Origin: an uncultured Methyloceanibacter sp.
Lineage (GTDB): Bacteria; Pseudomonadota; Alphaproteobacteria; Rhizobiales; Methyloligellaceae
Length of the DNA: 46,808 bases
Direction: 5' to 3'
NCBI GenBank assembly: GCA_964458245.1
Contig: CAYWIA010000001.1
Location: 33,540-80,347 of the forward strand
In this document: piece by piece, positions 1-9,814 of the stretch
Layout of the letters: each line of letters starts with the position of its first letter
Position numbering within the stretch: position 1 is the stretch's first letter
Notes under the pieces: generated by a model
Told to the model about the DNA's origin: nothing
The model's input: the letters and a program-made list of their open reading frames with translations, nothing else
Databases searched by the model: none
Position numbers and translations under genes: made by a program

Positions 1-89
1 TTGGAGGCGTGATCGCAAACGACCACAAACTGTCCGGCGCCACCCGGATTTTCCACCACGACCAGGCTTTGTTCTTCTGGACCCCTCAC
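1..89 (-). CDS. N-formylglutamate amidohydrolase (FGase) family protein, 5' end only (runs off the window)
   Basis: Manual translation from GTG at 89: VRGPEEQSLVVVENPGGAGQFVVVCDHAS(N). The ENPxG...CDHASN pattern is typical of the family. GGAGGGG RBS at 94-100. Not in the ORF track. Confidence 0.75.
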   Translation of the reverse strand, partial: MRGPEEQSLVVVENPGGAGQFVVVCDHAS

Positions 90-373
90 ATCGCCCCTCC
101 GAACCCACGAGGAGTGGGCCAGCCGTCTAAGGCTAGCGGCAATTGGGGCAAATGCCTATCATCTTCGAAGCTGCGAACTACCGCCGCCCTAGGGTGGCCA
201 TGCCGCCCAACAGCCCAAGCTCGATGTCGCGCTGCCGCGGGAATAAGGAGTTTCGATCAGCCCTGCACGATTGTTCGCCAATCGTGGTGCGCCGGCCAGA
301 AAAGGGCCACATCATCGCCATTTAGACGTTGCATGTTAAGGACTTGGCTAACAAGCATGGGGGAATTGGATAG

Positions 374-493
374 ATGCGTTTACTTCTAGCGGCAGCTATC
401 GCCGTTGCGGCCACGGTTGGCCTTGGCGGTTGCTTCGGGCACCATCAAAAGGCGTCTTACGTCGAGCCTATCGGGGTGCCGCCGCTAAAATAA
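374..493 (+). CDS. Small 39-aa predicted lipoprotein
   Basis: MRLLLAAAIAVAATVGLGGC-FGHHQKASYVEPIGVPPLK: basic N-terminus, hydrophobic core, lipobox LGGC. GGGGGA RBS upstream and a terminator downstream. Confidence 0.7.
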   Translation: MRLLLAAAIAVAATVGLGGCFGHHQKASYVEPIGVPPLK

Positions 494-521
494 CCTGCAG
501 AACTTCTCTGGTAATAGCCTT

Positions 522-549
522 GGCCCCGCCGTCACCGGCGGGGCCTTTT
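522..549 (+). terminator. Rho-independent terminator between the convergent lipoprotein gene and serB
   Basis: GGCCCCGCCG-TCAC-CGGCGGGGCC-TTTT, a perfect 10-bp stem. Confidence 0.8.
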
Positions 550-593
550 GAATTTGCGGTGCCTGCCATCGGGCGATAGCGAACCGGCCTCCC

Positions 594-1265
594 TTAGCAA
601 CCCCTCACGTCTAATAGCGGGCCGAGAACCCCAATGAGGTCGGGGCCGTCAATGAAGATGTCGGCGCCTTTTACCAGAGCGTCTCGCCGGCTGACGCCGC
701 CGAAACCGACGACGAACACGCCACATGCCTGCGCGGCGAGATCGGTGGCGCCGTCGCCGACTAAGGCGATCGAAGCGCGGCGCTCCGCCAACGAGCGGCA
801 TACGACCGCCTTGCCGTCCGGGCGCGACAGCGGCGACCCACGATCGAAATCGCGATAAGTCCCGTCGTCTTCGAAGAAAACATCGACGGCGTGGACATTG
901 GACGCGGGAACCGCAAGCGCGCAGGCCAGGGGGGCCAACGCGGGTCGCAGGCCCCCGCTGACGATGTGCACGGATGCACCCGCGCGAGTTAGCGCGGCGA
1001 TCGTCTCAAATGCGCCCGGGACCATTTCCTCGACATAGCGCTGGGCCAACCAATCGAGTGAAGCACGGTCGGGCCGAATCATCGAGAGCCGCTCTGCGTA
1101 CACGGCATCGAGCGGGATCGTTCCCGCCATGGCGGCGGCGGTGAGCGGCGCGACGTCCTGCTCGAGGCCGAAGCGGAGGGCGAGCTCGTCGATCCCCTCG
1201 ATGCGGCTCAAGGTGCTGTCGCAATCGAAGCAGACGATGTCGAACCGGCGCCGCGTCCGCGTCAC
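594..1265 (-). CDS. serB: HAD-IB phosphoserine phosphatase
   Basis: FDCDSTL motif I, VSGG, K and GDGATD motifs. GTGA overlap with the serA stop. Confidence 0.85.
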   Translation of the reverse strand: MTRTRRRFDIVCFDCDSTLSRIEGIDELALRFGLEQDVAPLTAAAMAGTIPLDAVYAERLSMIRPDRASLDWLAQRYVEEMVPGAFETIAALTRAGASVHIVSGGLRPALAPLACALAVPASNVHAVDVFFEDDGTYRDFDRGSPLSRPDGKAVVCRSLAERRASIALVGDGATDLAAQACGVFVVGFGGVSRRDALVKGADIFIDGPDLIGVLGPLLDVRGC

Positions 1266-2854
1266 AGCTCGAATTCCACGGCCTGCTCGATTGGCGGCAG
1301 GGCTCTGATTTCGGTCAGCGCGCTCGCCGATAGCGAAGCGGACGTGCTGATCAAGGCGATCGCCATTTTTGAAGAATCGCCAACGCCGACATGCATTCGG
1401 GAGATGTTGATTTTCTCCCGGCCGAAAATGTCACCGAGAGCGCCGACGACGCCGGGCTGATCGTGGTGCCGCGTAAAGAGAAAGTGCCCTTCCGGCACCG
1501 CCTCCACGTCATAGTCGTCGATGCGCACCAGCCGGGCATGGCGTTCGCCGAGCAGAGTGCCGGCGACGGTCGTGCTTTTGTCGCCGGAAATCGCACAGAT
1601 CTCGACCAGGGAAACGAAATCTCGCGCGTTCTCCGTCCGCGACTCTCTGACCTCGATACCCTGCAATTTTGCGAGGTGGCCGGCGTTGACGCGATTGACG
1701 CGGCCGGTCATGCGCCGGCTCAAGAGCCCGACCAAGGCCTCCGCCGTGATCGGCCGCGAATCCAACTCGGCGACACGGCCGAACAGCCGCACTACGAGCT
1801 CCGTTATAGGTCCCTCGTAAAGTGAGCCCACGAGCCGGCCGAGGGCATTGGCGAGCTGCTGGTAAGGGATCGTGCGTACGAGCTGGTCCGATGTGACGCG
1901 CGGAAGATTGACCGCCGTCTCCGCAGCGCCCGTCGCGAGGAACCTGATCACATCCTGGGCGATCCTGAGGCTGACGGCCTGTTGCGCCTCCTCGGTGGAG
2001 GCGCCGAGATGGGGCGTCAAAACGACGTTGTCGAGCGCGAGCAGCGGGGAGCTGACTGGAGGTTCCGTCGAATAGACGTCAAGAGCGGCTCCCGCGATCT
2101 GCCCGCTCTTGAGCGCATCGGCCAGAGCCGCTTCGTCGATGAGCCCGCCCCTGGCACAATTGATGATCCGGGCGCCCGGCTTCATCATCGCCAATCGGCT
2201 CGCGTCGATCACGTTGCGCGTCTTGTCCGTCAGCGGACAGTGAAGCGTGATGTAGTCGGAACTGGCGAGAAGCGCGTCGAGCTCGGACGGCTCAGCCGCA
2301 GATTGCTCCATGATCTCCGGCGCAACGAACGGGTCATAGGCCAAAACCCGCATCTTGAGCCCTGCACAGCGGCGGGACACCAAACGTCCGATCGTACCGA
2401 AGCCGATAATACCGATGGTCTTTCCGGAAAGCTCCACGCCGGAGAAGCGGGCCGGCTGCCACTCTCCCTGGCGGACCGACCGGTCGGCCTGAGGCAGGTG
2501 ACGGCTCAAAGAGAGCAGATGCGCAAGGGTGAGCTCGGCGGTTGTCGTCGCGTTGGCGTCGGGTGTGTTGAACACCACGATGCCGCGCTCCGTGGCCGCG
2601 GCCACGTCGATATTGTCGACGCCGATGCCGGCTCTGCCGATGGCCCTCAGTCGTGAGGCGGCAGCGATCACCGGTCTCGTGACGCGCGTCTTGGAGCGGA
2701 TGATGAGAGCATCGTAGTCCGGAATGCGCGCGGTCAGCGCCGCCTCATCAAGTCCGCTTTCAACATCGACGCGGAGTCCGGCCTCCGCCGCGAGCAGTGC
2801 CCGGCCGTCGGCATGAATCGGATCGGCAATCAGGACTCTATAGGGGGCATTCAT
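1262..2854 (-). CDS. serA: D-3-phosphoglycerate dehydrogenase (type I, with ASB and ACT domains)
   Basis: GRAGIGVDNID, GFGTIG, INCARGG, TPHLGAST, and C-terminal ACT domain (HDQPGVVG...INIS). Start set at MNAPYRVL; the upstream extension overlaps gcvP. Confidence 0.93.
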   Translation of the reverse strand: MNAPYRVLIADPIHADGRALLAAEAGLRVDVESGLDEAALTARIPDYDALIIRSKTRVTRPVIAAASRLRAIGRAGIGVDNIDVAAATERGIVVFNTPDANATTTAELTLAHLLSLSRHLPQADRSVRQGEWQPARFSGVELSGKTIGIIGFGTIGRLVSRRCAGLKMRVLAYDPFVAPEIMEQSAAEPSELDALLASSDYITLHCPLTDKTRNVIDASRLAMMKPGARIINCARGGLIDEAALADALKSGQIAGAALDVYSTEPPVSSPLLALDNVVLTPHLGASTEEAQQAVSLRIAQDVIRFLATGAAETAVNLPRVTSDQLVRTIPYQQLANALGRLVGSLYEGPITELVVRLFGRVAELDSRPITAEALVGLLSRRMTGRVNRVNAGHLAKLQGIEVRESRTENARDFVSLVEICAISGDKSTTVAGTLLGERHARLVRIDDYDVEAVPEGHFLFTRHHDQPGVVGALGDIFGREKINISRMHVGVGDSSKMAIALISTSASLSASALTEIRALPPIEQAVEFEL

Positions 2855-2904
2855 TTGGCAACCGTTACATTGAATAGAATAAACAAGGCTCTCGCCAGTG
2901 GCGG

Positions 2905-5802
2905 TCAAGTGCCGGAAGCCAGCACGTCCGCTTCCACCGACTCGTGGGTTTTGACATAAGAGTCTAGCGGTGGACACGCGCACACGAGGTTGCGGTCGCC
3001 ATAGACATTGTCGACCCGGTTCACCGGAGGCCAGTATTTGTCGACGCGGAACGCTCCCGCCGGGAAACACGCGCGCTCCCTGGAATATGGCCGGTGCCAT
3101 TCGCCGATAAGGTCCTCGACGGTGTGAGGCGCGTTCTTCAAGGGATTGTTGGTGCGATGAGACAGGCCTTGCTCGATGGCCCGGGCCTCCTCGCGTATAG
3201 CCAGCATGGCGTCGCAGAACCGGTCCAACTCTCCCTTGGTTTCCGATTCCGTCGGCTCGATCATGAGCGTGCCCGGCACCGGCCAGCTCATGGTCGGCGG
3301 ATGGAAGCCGCAATCGATAAGCCGCTTGGAAATGTCATCCACCGTCACGCCGGCGCTCGCGTTGAGCGGCCGCGTATCGATAATGCACTCATGGGCGACC
3401 CGTCCGTCGCGTCCCGTGTAGAGGACATCATACGCACCGGCCAATCTCTGAGCGATGTAGTTCGCGCTCAAGATCGCGACGCGGGTTGCTTGCGTAAGGC
3501 CGGCCCCGCCCATCATCAGGATGTAGCTCCACGGGATCGCCAGAATGCACGCGGAGCCGAACGGTGCTGCCGAGACCGTCATGGCGCTGCCGCCGGTCTC
3601 GGGGTGGCCGGGGAGGAAGGGAGCCAAGTGCGCCTTGACGCCGATCGGTCCCATGCCCGGTCCGCCGCCGCCATGCGGAATGCAGAAAGTCTTATGCAGA
3701 TTGAGGTGGCCGACATCCGCGCCGAGATCGCCCGGTCGCGCAAGGCCGACCAGGGCGTTCATGTTGGCGCCGTCGAGATAGACCTGCCCGCCATTGGCAT
3801 GCGTAAGGTCGCAGATCTCCTGCACCGTTCCTTCGAACACCCCGTGGGTTGACGGATAGGTGATCATCGCCGCCGCAAGGTTCGCGGCGTTCGCTTCCGT
3901 CTTGGCGCGAAAATCTTGAAGATCGATATTGCCGTGTGCGTCGGTCCCCACCACCAAGACCTTGAAGCCACACATGGTGGCCGATGCGGGGTTGGTGCCG
4001 TGCGCCGAGGCTGGGATCAGGCAGACATTGCGATGGGGTTCTCCGCGACTCTTGTGGTACGCGCGGATGGTGAGCAGCCCGGCAAGTTCCCCTTGCGCAC
4101 CCGAATTGGGCTGCATCGAGAAGGCGTCGTAGCCCGTGATCTCGCAGAGCTTCTTCGAGAGATCTCCGATCATCTCGGCATAGCCCAGTGCCTGATCGGC
4201 CGGTGCGAACGGGTGAATCTCCGCAAATTCGGGCCAGGTGATCGGCAGCATCTCGGCCGTCGCGTTGAGCTTCATGGTGCATGAGCCAAGCGGGATCATG
4301 GCCCGGTCGAGCGCGAGATCGCGGTCGGCGAGGCGGCGCATGTAGCGCGTCATCTCGCTTTCCGCCCGGTTCATGTGGAAGACGGGATGAGTGAGATAGG
4401 TGGACGTACGGGTCAAGTTTGCGGGCAGCCGGTATGCCGGATATTCGTCGCGATAGACAAGATGGTCGCCACCGAACGTCAGCCAGACGGCCTCGAGGGT
4501 GGCCGGCCGCGTGCGCTCGTCGACGCTGATGCCGACCCGGTCGGTTCCGACTTTCCGCAGGTTCACGCCGTTGTTGACGGCATTCGTCATGACGAGACCC
4601 TGATAGGGGCCAACCTCAACGGTGATCGTATCGAAGAAGGCATCGGGGCTGATCTTGAAACCCAGCGCTTCGAGGCCGTCCGCCAAGCGCGCCGCCTTGC
4701 GATGCACGCGTTCGGCGATCGCTTTCAAGCCTTTGGGTCCATGAAACACGGCGTACATGGATGCGACCACGGCCGGAAGCACTTGCGCGGTGCAGATATT
4801 GGAAGTGGCGCTCTCACGCCGGATGTGCTGCTCGCGGGTCTGTAGCGCCAGCCGGTAGGCGCGGTTTCCGCGCGAGTCGATGGAAACGCCCACGAGGCGT
4901 CCCGGCAGCGCGCGCCTATAGACGTCCTTGACGGCGATATAGGCGGCATGCGGACCGCCATAGCCCATGGGCATGCCGAACCGCTGCATGGACCCGACCG
5001 CGATGTCCGCGCCCATCTCGCCGGGCGTTTTCAGGAGCGTCAGCGCGAGCGGATCGGCTGCAACGACGGCAAGCGCCTTGGCTGCATGCAGCTTGGCAAT
5101 GAGGTCCGAGAAGTCATGAAAGCCGCCCTCCACGCCCGGGTACTGGAAGAGGGCGCCGAACACGTTCTCGGGCTGCAAGTGCTTGAAGGGATCGCCTACG
5201 ACAATCTCCCACCCGAGCGGCTCGGCGCGCGTCTTCAGGACGGCAATCGTCTGCGGCAGGCACTGCGCATCGACGAAGAAGGCGTTCGCCTCGGACTTGG
5301 TGACGCGATGCGCGAGCGCCATGGCTTCGGCGGCGGCGGTCGCTTCATCGAGGAGCGAGGCGTTGGCGATATCCAGCCCGGTCAGATCGGCGACCAAGGT
5401 CTGAAAGTTGAGCAGCGCTTCGAGCCGGCCTTGGCTGATCTCCGGCTGGTAGGGCGTGTAGGCCGTGTACCATGCCGGGTTCTCCAGGATGTTGCGCTGG
5501 ATGGCGGGGGGTAGGATCGTGCCATGATAGCCCTGGCCGATGAGCGAGGTGAGGACGCGATTCTTGTTCGCCGTCTCGCGCAAGCGGTCGAGCGCCCCGC
5601 GCTCGGATAGCGGCATGCCGAAATCGAGCGGCGTGGCCTGACGAATTTCCGCCGGCACGGTTTCGTCGATGAGCTTATCGAGGCTCGCCACGCCAACCAC
5701 CTCCAACATCGCCGCCATCTCCTCGGGCGACGGCCCGATGTGCCTTCGGTTTGCGAAGTCGTATGGCTCGTAGCGCTCCTGTGGTGCCATGACCTGTTCC
5801 AT
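2905..5802 (-). CDS. gcvP: Glycine dehydrogenase (decarboxylating), P protein
   Basis: [25 protein letters not shown]-lysine, [15 protein letters not shown]. Confidence 0.97.
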   Translation of the reverse strand: MEQVMAPQERYEPYDFANRRHIGPSPEEMAAMLEVVGVASLDKLIDETVPAEIRQATPLDFGMPLSERGALDRLRETANKNRVLTSLIGQGYHGTILPPAIQRNILENPAWYTAYTPYQPEISQGRLEALLNFQTLVADLTGLDIANASLLDEATAAAEAMALAHRVTKSEANAFFVDAQCLPQTIAVLKTRAEPLGWEIVVGDPFKHLQPENVFGALFQYPGVEGGFHDFSDLIAKLHAAKALAVVAADPLALTLLKTPGEMGADIAVGSMQRFGMPMGYGGPHAAYIAVKDVYRRALPGRLVGVSIDSRGNRAYRLALQTREQHIRRESATSNICTAQVLPAVVASMYAVFHGPKGLKAIAERVHRKAARLADGLEALGFKISPDAFFDTITVEVGPYQGLVMTNAVNNGVNLRKVGTDRVGISVDERTRPATLEAVWLTFGGDHLVYRDEYPAYRLPANLTRTSTYLTHPVFHMNRAESEMTRYMRRLADRDLALDRAMIPLGSCTMKLNATAEMLPITWPEFAEIHPFAPADQALGYAEMIGDLSKKLCEITGYDAFSMQPNSGAQGELAGLLTIRAYHKSRGEPHRNVCLIPASAHGTNPASATMCGFKVLVVGTDAHGNIDLQDFRAKTEANAANLAAAMITYPSTHGVFEGTVQEICDLTHANGGQVYLDGANMNALVGLARPGDLGADVGHLNLHKTFCIPHGGGGPGMGPIGVKAHLAPFLPGHPETGGSAMTVSAAPFGSACILAIPWSYILMMGGAGLTQATRVAILSANYIAQRLAGAYDVLYTGRDGRVAHECIIDTRPLNASAGVTVDDISKRLIDCGFHPPTMSWPVPGTLMIEPTESETKGELDRFCDAMLAIREEARAIEQGLSHRTNNPLKNAPHTVEDLIGEWHRPYSRERACFPAGAFRVDKYWPPVNRVDNVYGDRNLVCACPPLDSYVKTHESVEADVLASGT

Positions 5803-6165
5803 TCAGCCGATGAGTTCCTTGTAGGCGGCTTCGTCCAGGAGGCCGTCGAGGGAACCCAAGTCGGCGAGCTTCAGCTTGAAGAACCAGCCGGCCTTCTCCG
5901 GATCTGAATTCACGATCGAGGGGTCGTTTACGACGGCCTCGTTGATCTCGACGACCTCGCCGGCGAGTGGGGCATAGACGTCGGAGGCCGTCTTCACGGA
6001 TTCGACGACGGCAACCTCTTGGCCCTTGTCGAGCGTGGAGCCGATCTCCGGCAGCTGCACGAAGACGAGATCGCCCAATTGCTCCGTCGCATAAGCTGTG
6101 ATGCCGACCGTTGCGACGTCTCCATCGATCTCAAGCCACTCATGGTCTTTGGTGAATTTCAGCAA
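5803..6165 (-). CDS. gcvH: Glycine cleavage H protein
   Basis: [12 protein letters not shown] lipoyl-lysine motif. TTG start with AGGAGG RBS. Confidence 0.96.
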   Translation of the reverse strand: MLKFTKDHEWLEIDGDVATVGITAYATEQLGDLVFVQLPEIGSTLDKGQEVAVVESVKTASDVYAPLAGEVVEINEAVVNDPSIVNSDPEKAGWFFKLKLADLGSLDGLLDEAAYKELIG

Positions 6166-6192
6166 GGTTGCCTCCTTGTTAGGGCGGGGAAT

Positions 6193-7344
6193 TCAGCGTT
6201 TGTAGTGGTGCTGGACAAAGGGAAGGGGCGTGATCGTCGCCGGCAGCCGCTTGCCGCGAACTTCGGCGAAAAATTTGGTTCCTTGCGCCGACAGGGACGT
6301 GGGAACGTAACCCATGGCGATTGGCCTTCCGAGGCTCGGCCCGAAGCCGCCGGATGTGACGTGCCCGACTGGTGCCTCGTCATCCTCCTCGACGAAGAGT
6401 GGCGTCCCGGCGCGGACCGGCATCCGACCTTCAGGCACCAAGCCGACGCGATGCATTGCCGAGCCGCGCTCCAGCTCATCGAGAACGATAGGGGCGCCTG
6501 GGAATTCGCCGACGCGCTCACCGCCATGGCGGCGGACTGACTGGATCGCCCAGGTGAGCCCGGCCATCACAGGAGTCGTCCCCGCGTCGATGTCGGCTCC
6601 ATAGAGGCACAACCCCGCCTCGAGCCGCAACGTGTCGCGTGCGGCGAGGCCGACCGGCGCCACGTCCGGGTTTTCCAGTAAACCTTCCGCGATCTCGCGG
6701 GCGACATCTGACGGCATGGAAATCTCGAATCCGTCTTCGCCCGTGTAGCCGGAACGCGTGACGATGCAGAGCTTGCCCATGATCGACAACTCTCGCACGT
6801 CCATGAAGCGCATGCCGGCGCAGTCTGGGGCGAGGTGAGCCAGCACCGGCTCCGCCTTCGGACCTTGCAGTGCGATCAACCCGCGCTCGCATTGCTCGAC
6901 GTCGCAGTTCCGGGAAACGTTGTTGCGCAGCAGGGATTCGTCGTTCTCCTTGCACGCTGCATTGACCACGAGGAGATAGGACTCGCCGCAGTTGGCGACC
7001 ATCAGGTCGTCGAGGATGCCGCCATTCTCGTTTGTGAAGAAGGTGTAGCGCTGGCGTCCCTGCGCCAGTCCGAGGATATCTGCGGGCACAAGGCGCTCGA
7101 GCGCGCGCGCGGCGTCGGTAAGCACGCCGGCCTTCGGGCGCAGCAGAATTTGCCCCATGTGCGAGATGTCGAACAGGCCCGCCGCGGTTCGCGTATGCCG
7201 GTGCTCGGCCAAAACGCCGGCCGGATAGCTCAGCGGCATGTCGTACCCGGCGAAAGGCGCCATGCGGGCACCCAAATCCAGGTGCAGGGCGTGCAGCGGC
7301 GTGCGCTTTAGAGAGTTAGGCGACGTCTTGGCTTCGGCACTCAT
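6193..7344 (-). CDS. gcvT: Glycine cleavage T protein (aminomethyltransferase)
   Basis: TPLH, FDISHMG, RSGYTGEDGFE, ARDTLRLEAGLCLYG. Start at MSAEAK with GGAG RBS. Confidence 0.96.
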   Translation of the reverse strand: MSAEAKTSPNSLKRTPLHALHLDLGARMAPFAGYDMPLSYPAGVLAEHRHTRTAAGLFDISHMGQILLRPKAGVLTDAARALERLVPADILGLAQGRQRYTFFTNENGGILDDLMVANCGESYLLVVNAACKENDESLLRNNVSRNCDVEQCERGLIALQGPKAEPVLAHLAPDCAGMRFMDVRELSIMGKLCIVTRSGYTGEDGFEISMPSDVAREIAEGLLENPDVAPVGLAARDTLRLEAGLCLYGADIDAGTTPVMAGLTWAIQSVRRHGGERVGEFPGAPIVLDELERGSAMHRVGLVPEGRMPVRAGTPLFVEEDDEAPVGHVTSGGFGPSLGRPIAMGYVPTSLSAQGTKFFAEVRGKRLPATITPLPFVQHHYKR

Positions 7345-7396
7345 CTCTAAGGCTCCATCGGGTCGCGCATGGTGCTCGCCATGCGACGACAAGAAG

Positions 7397-7578
7397 CCCC
7401 CTCTGTCACGAAACCTGAAAGATTTGGCGCGCTGTCGCGGCGCCTTTCCTCTTCGGTGGACCGGGCTTGAGCACGGCCGCTTTCCAGAGTGTCAGTGGTC
7501 TTGCGGTCCTTGTTGCCTGAGAGTTTCCGGGGCGGTTGCTCCTTCGGCGCCAGCCTGAGCCGGTCTCTTCCGCAAGAT
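7397..7578 (-). ncRNA. Tandem (two-aptamer) glycine riboswitch
   Basis: Minus strand, aptamer 1 (~7499-7577): GGAAGAGA...CGCCGAAGGAGCAA...AACTCTCAGG...GGAC. Aptamer 2 (~7398-7492): CTCTGGAAAG...CACCGAAGAGG...ATCTTTCAGG...GACAGAG. Located directly upstream of gcvT. Confidence 0.95.
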
Positions 7579-7592
7579 GAAACGACGCCTAA

Positions 7593-7621
7593 AGAATGGT
7601 GATTCTCGAGCAGATGGTCAA
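7593..7621 (-). promoter_or_regulatory. Sigma70-type promoter for the riboswitch-gcv transcript
   Basis: TTGACC-17 nt-CATTCT, ending about 15 nt before aptamer 1. Confidence 0.65.
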
Positions 7622-7743
7622 CTGCCGGGGGCGTCATTTGTCCGGTCAACCGAGAGTTTGCTCAAGACGGACTGGCCGACGGCCAGGCAGGTGTTGAAGG
7701 CGAGACCGATTTTGCCGTGCACAAGAGACCCTGTACGAAAGTA

Positions 7744-7941
7744 TTAGCCGCCGTGCGGACCTTCGAGCTTCCAGCGCTCGAGCACTTTCTCGACCTCATC
7801 GAGGGTCAAGTCGTCTCTGCGCGCATGGTCCCCGATCTTTCTGCGGAGCGAGAAGCGGTCGCCGTGCTTCTCAAGTTCAAAGAAGAGCCGCTCCGCCAAA
7901 TCATGGGCCGCTCGTTCCCGGTCCGTGTCTGTGTCTTGCAT
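7744..7941 (-). CDS. 65-aa hypothetical protein ending ...LEGPHGG
   Basis: GGAGGG RBS 6 nt before the ATG, protein-like composition, same strand as moeA and 62 bp downstream of it. Confidence 0.7.
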   Translation of the reverse strand: MQDTDTDRERAAHDLAERLFFELEKHGDRFSLRRKIGDHARRDDLTLDEVEKVLERWKLEGPHGG

Positions 7942-7957
7942 AGAGAACCCTCCATCG

Positions 7958-7984
7958 AAAAAACGCTCAAAAGCGTGAGGCGTT
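7958..7984 (-). terminator. Possible weak terminator after moeA
   Basis: Minus strand AACGCCTCACGCTTTTGAGCGTTTTTT: short hairpin plus U-tract. Confidence 0.4.
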
Positions 7985-8003
7985 CCGCGTGCTCGTGCCG
8001 TCT

Positions 8004-9302
8004 CTAGCCTTGGCCAAGCCCAAACTCGGAGAACGGGATGAAGTCCACAATCTCGCCGATGCGGATTTCATCCACATCCTCTTCTACCTCGATGAACCCA
8101 TCGGCTTCGCGGAGAGAAGAGATAAGCCCAGACCCGTCACGCGGAAACTTATCGACCATGAGACGCCCATCCTTGCGAATGAGCTTCGCACGCCAAAATT
8201 CCCGGCGCCCCGGTTTCTTCTTCTGGGTAAAAGCCGCCGGTACGGGAAATCGTGCGGGCTCAGGCCAGGCGCCGCCGGCGAGCCGGGTGAGAACGGGCCG
8301 AACATACATCAGGAAGCACACAAACACGGCCACCGGGTTGCCCGGCAGGCCGAGCACGACGCAATCGCCGATCTGCCCGAAGCTCATCGGCCGGCCCGGT
8401 TTGATGGCGATTTGCCAAAGATGCCGCTGACCCAACGCATCGATGCTCGCGACCACGTGGTCCTCCTGGCCTTGGCTGGCTCCGCCGGAGATCACGATGA
8501 CGTTGAAGGTGTGGCTCGCGTCGGAAAGGGCACGTTCTACGCTTTCCCGCGTATCGGGGAGCACGCCGAGGTCCACGGCTTCGGCGCCGGCAGCCCAAAT
8601 GAGCCCGTGCAGCATCGGCGCGTTGGCGTCATAGACCTTGCCGTCGACGAAAGCTTCACCCGGCCGCAGGATCTCATCGCCGGTCGAGAGCACCGCCACC
8701 TTGAGAGGTGTATGGCAATGCACGGCGCCGAGCCCTGTGGCGGCCGCGCTCGCGATATCCTGAGGCCTGAGCCGCGCACCCGCCGCGACGAGCGTTTCGC
8801 CCGGTTGCGTATCCTCGCCCGCGAGCCGGCGGTTGGCGCCTGCTTTCAGTCCCGGCGGAACAACCGCCCAGCGCGCGCCTTCACGCTCCTCGACGCGAAC
8901 GTCTTCCTGCATCGCGACCGTATCGAGACCCGCCGGCACAACCGCGCCCGTGAAGATGCGGACCGCACCGCCCGAGAGCAAAGACCCTTGAAAGGGGTGA
9001 CCCGCCGCCGCCTCGCCGATGACCCGAAACGCCGCTCCCTCCGCCGCGTCGTAGTCCGATGACGCAAAGGCATAGCCGTCGACGGCCGCATTGTCGTGCG
9101 CGGGGATCGATCGCGGGGCGACGATCGGCGCCGCCAGGAATCGTCCGCAAGCTTCGGCGAGCGCGACCTGCTCCGTTCCGGTGACCGGATGCACGCGCGC
9201 CTTGAGGATGCCGATGGCCTCCTGATGCGGAAGCCGGTCCTTGTCGAGGATGAAGCAATCGTCGATCAGCTTGGAGTCCGGCTTCGCCGACGTGGCTGTC
9301 AT
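8004..9302 (-). CDS. moeA: Molybdopterin Mo/W-transferase (gephyrin-like)
   Basis: AAVDGYA, RIFTGA, STGDE, SGGAS, IKPGRP, LPGNPV. Confidence 0.95.
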   Translation of the reverse strand: MTATSAKPDSKLIDDCFILDKDRLPHQEAIGILKARVHPVTGTEQVALAEACGRFLAAPIVAPRSIPAHDNAAVDGYAFASSDYDAAEGAAFRVIGEAAAGHPFQGSLLSGGAVRIFTGAVVPAGLDTVAMQEDVRVEEREGARWAVVPPGLKAGANRRLAGEDTQPGETLVAAGARLRPQDIASAAATGLGAVHCHTPLKVAVLSTGDEILRPGEAFVDGKVYDANAPMLHGLIWAAGAEAVDLGVLPDTRESVERALSDASHTFNVIVISGGASQGQEDHVVASIDALGQRHLWQIAIKPGRPMSFGQIGDCVVLGLPGNPVAVFVCFLMYVRPVLTRLAGGAWPEPARFPVPAAFTQKKKPGRREFWRAKLIRKDGRLMVDKFPRDGSGLISSLREADGFIEVEEDVDEIRIGEIVDFIPFSEFGLGQG

Positions 9303-9814
9303 GGGCGCCTCAGCCCCAGTGTGGTGATGATGAAATCCACGATATGTTCCGTGGCATCGATGTGGAAGACGGGCAGGGGCTCCGTCTCGTCCTCTGGCTT
9401 ATCCGAGGCGATGGCCACGACCTCGGGAAATTCCGCGGATAGCGGCGCGCGCGATGCGGCGCCATCCCTGCGGATCTCGATCTTGGGATAAGCCTCGCGC
9501 TTGTAGCCTTCGACCAGGATGAGATCGCAGGCCCCTGCGTACGGCAACAGCTCTTCGAAGGTCATCTCCGGCGCGTTCCCGAGTTCCCGCATCAAGGCGA
9601 AGCGGCGTGGCGAGGACAGTATCACCTGACGTGCCCCTGCCTCGCGCATCTTGAAGGAGTCGCGTCCCGGATGGTCGATCTCGAATTTTTCATGGGCATG
9701 TTTGATGACCGAAATCTCATAGCCTCGCTGACTGAAGTCATGGATCAAGCACGACATGAGCGTGGTCTTGCCCGAGTTTTTCCAGCCGACCACGCCGAAG
9801 AGGGGAGGGCTCAT
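9299..9814 (-). CDS. mobB: Molybdopterin-guanine dinucleotide biosynthesis protein B
   Basis: GWKNSGKTT P-loop, IKHAH, LVEGYK. Confidence 0.93.
   Translation of the reverse strand: MSPPLFGVVGWKNSGKTTLMSCLIHDFSQRGYEISVIKHAHEKFEIDHPGRDSFKMREAGARQVILSSPRRFALMRELGNAPEMTFEELLPYAGACDLILVEGYKREAYPKIEIRRDGAASRAPLSAEFPEVVAIASDKPEDETEPLPVFHIDATEHIVDFIITTLGLRRP

Noticed and set aside
9-389. ORFs 9..389 and 143..325 on +
   Set aside because: No recognisable motifs. The longer one overlaps the better-supported FGase start and the lipoprotein gene; the shorter one lies in their divergent promoter region.
2855-3313. 153-aa N-terminal extension of serA in the ORF track
   Set aside because: It overlaps gcvP in another frame; SerA homology begins at MNAPYRVL.
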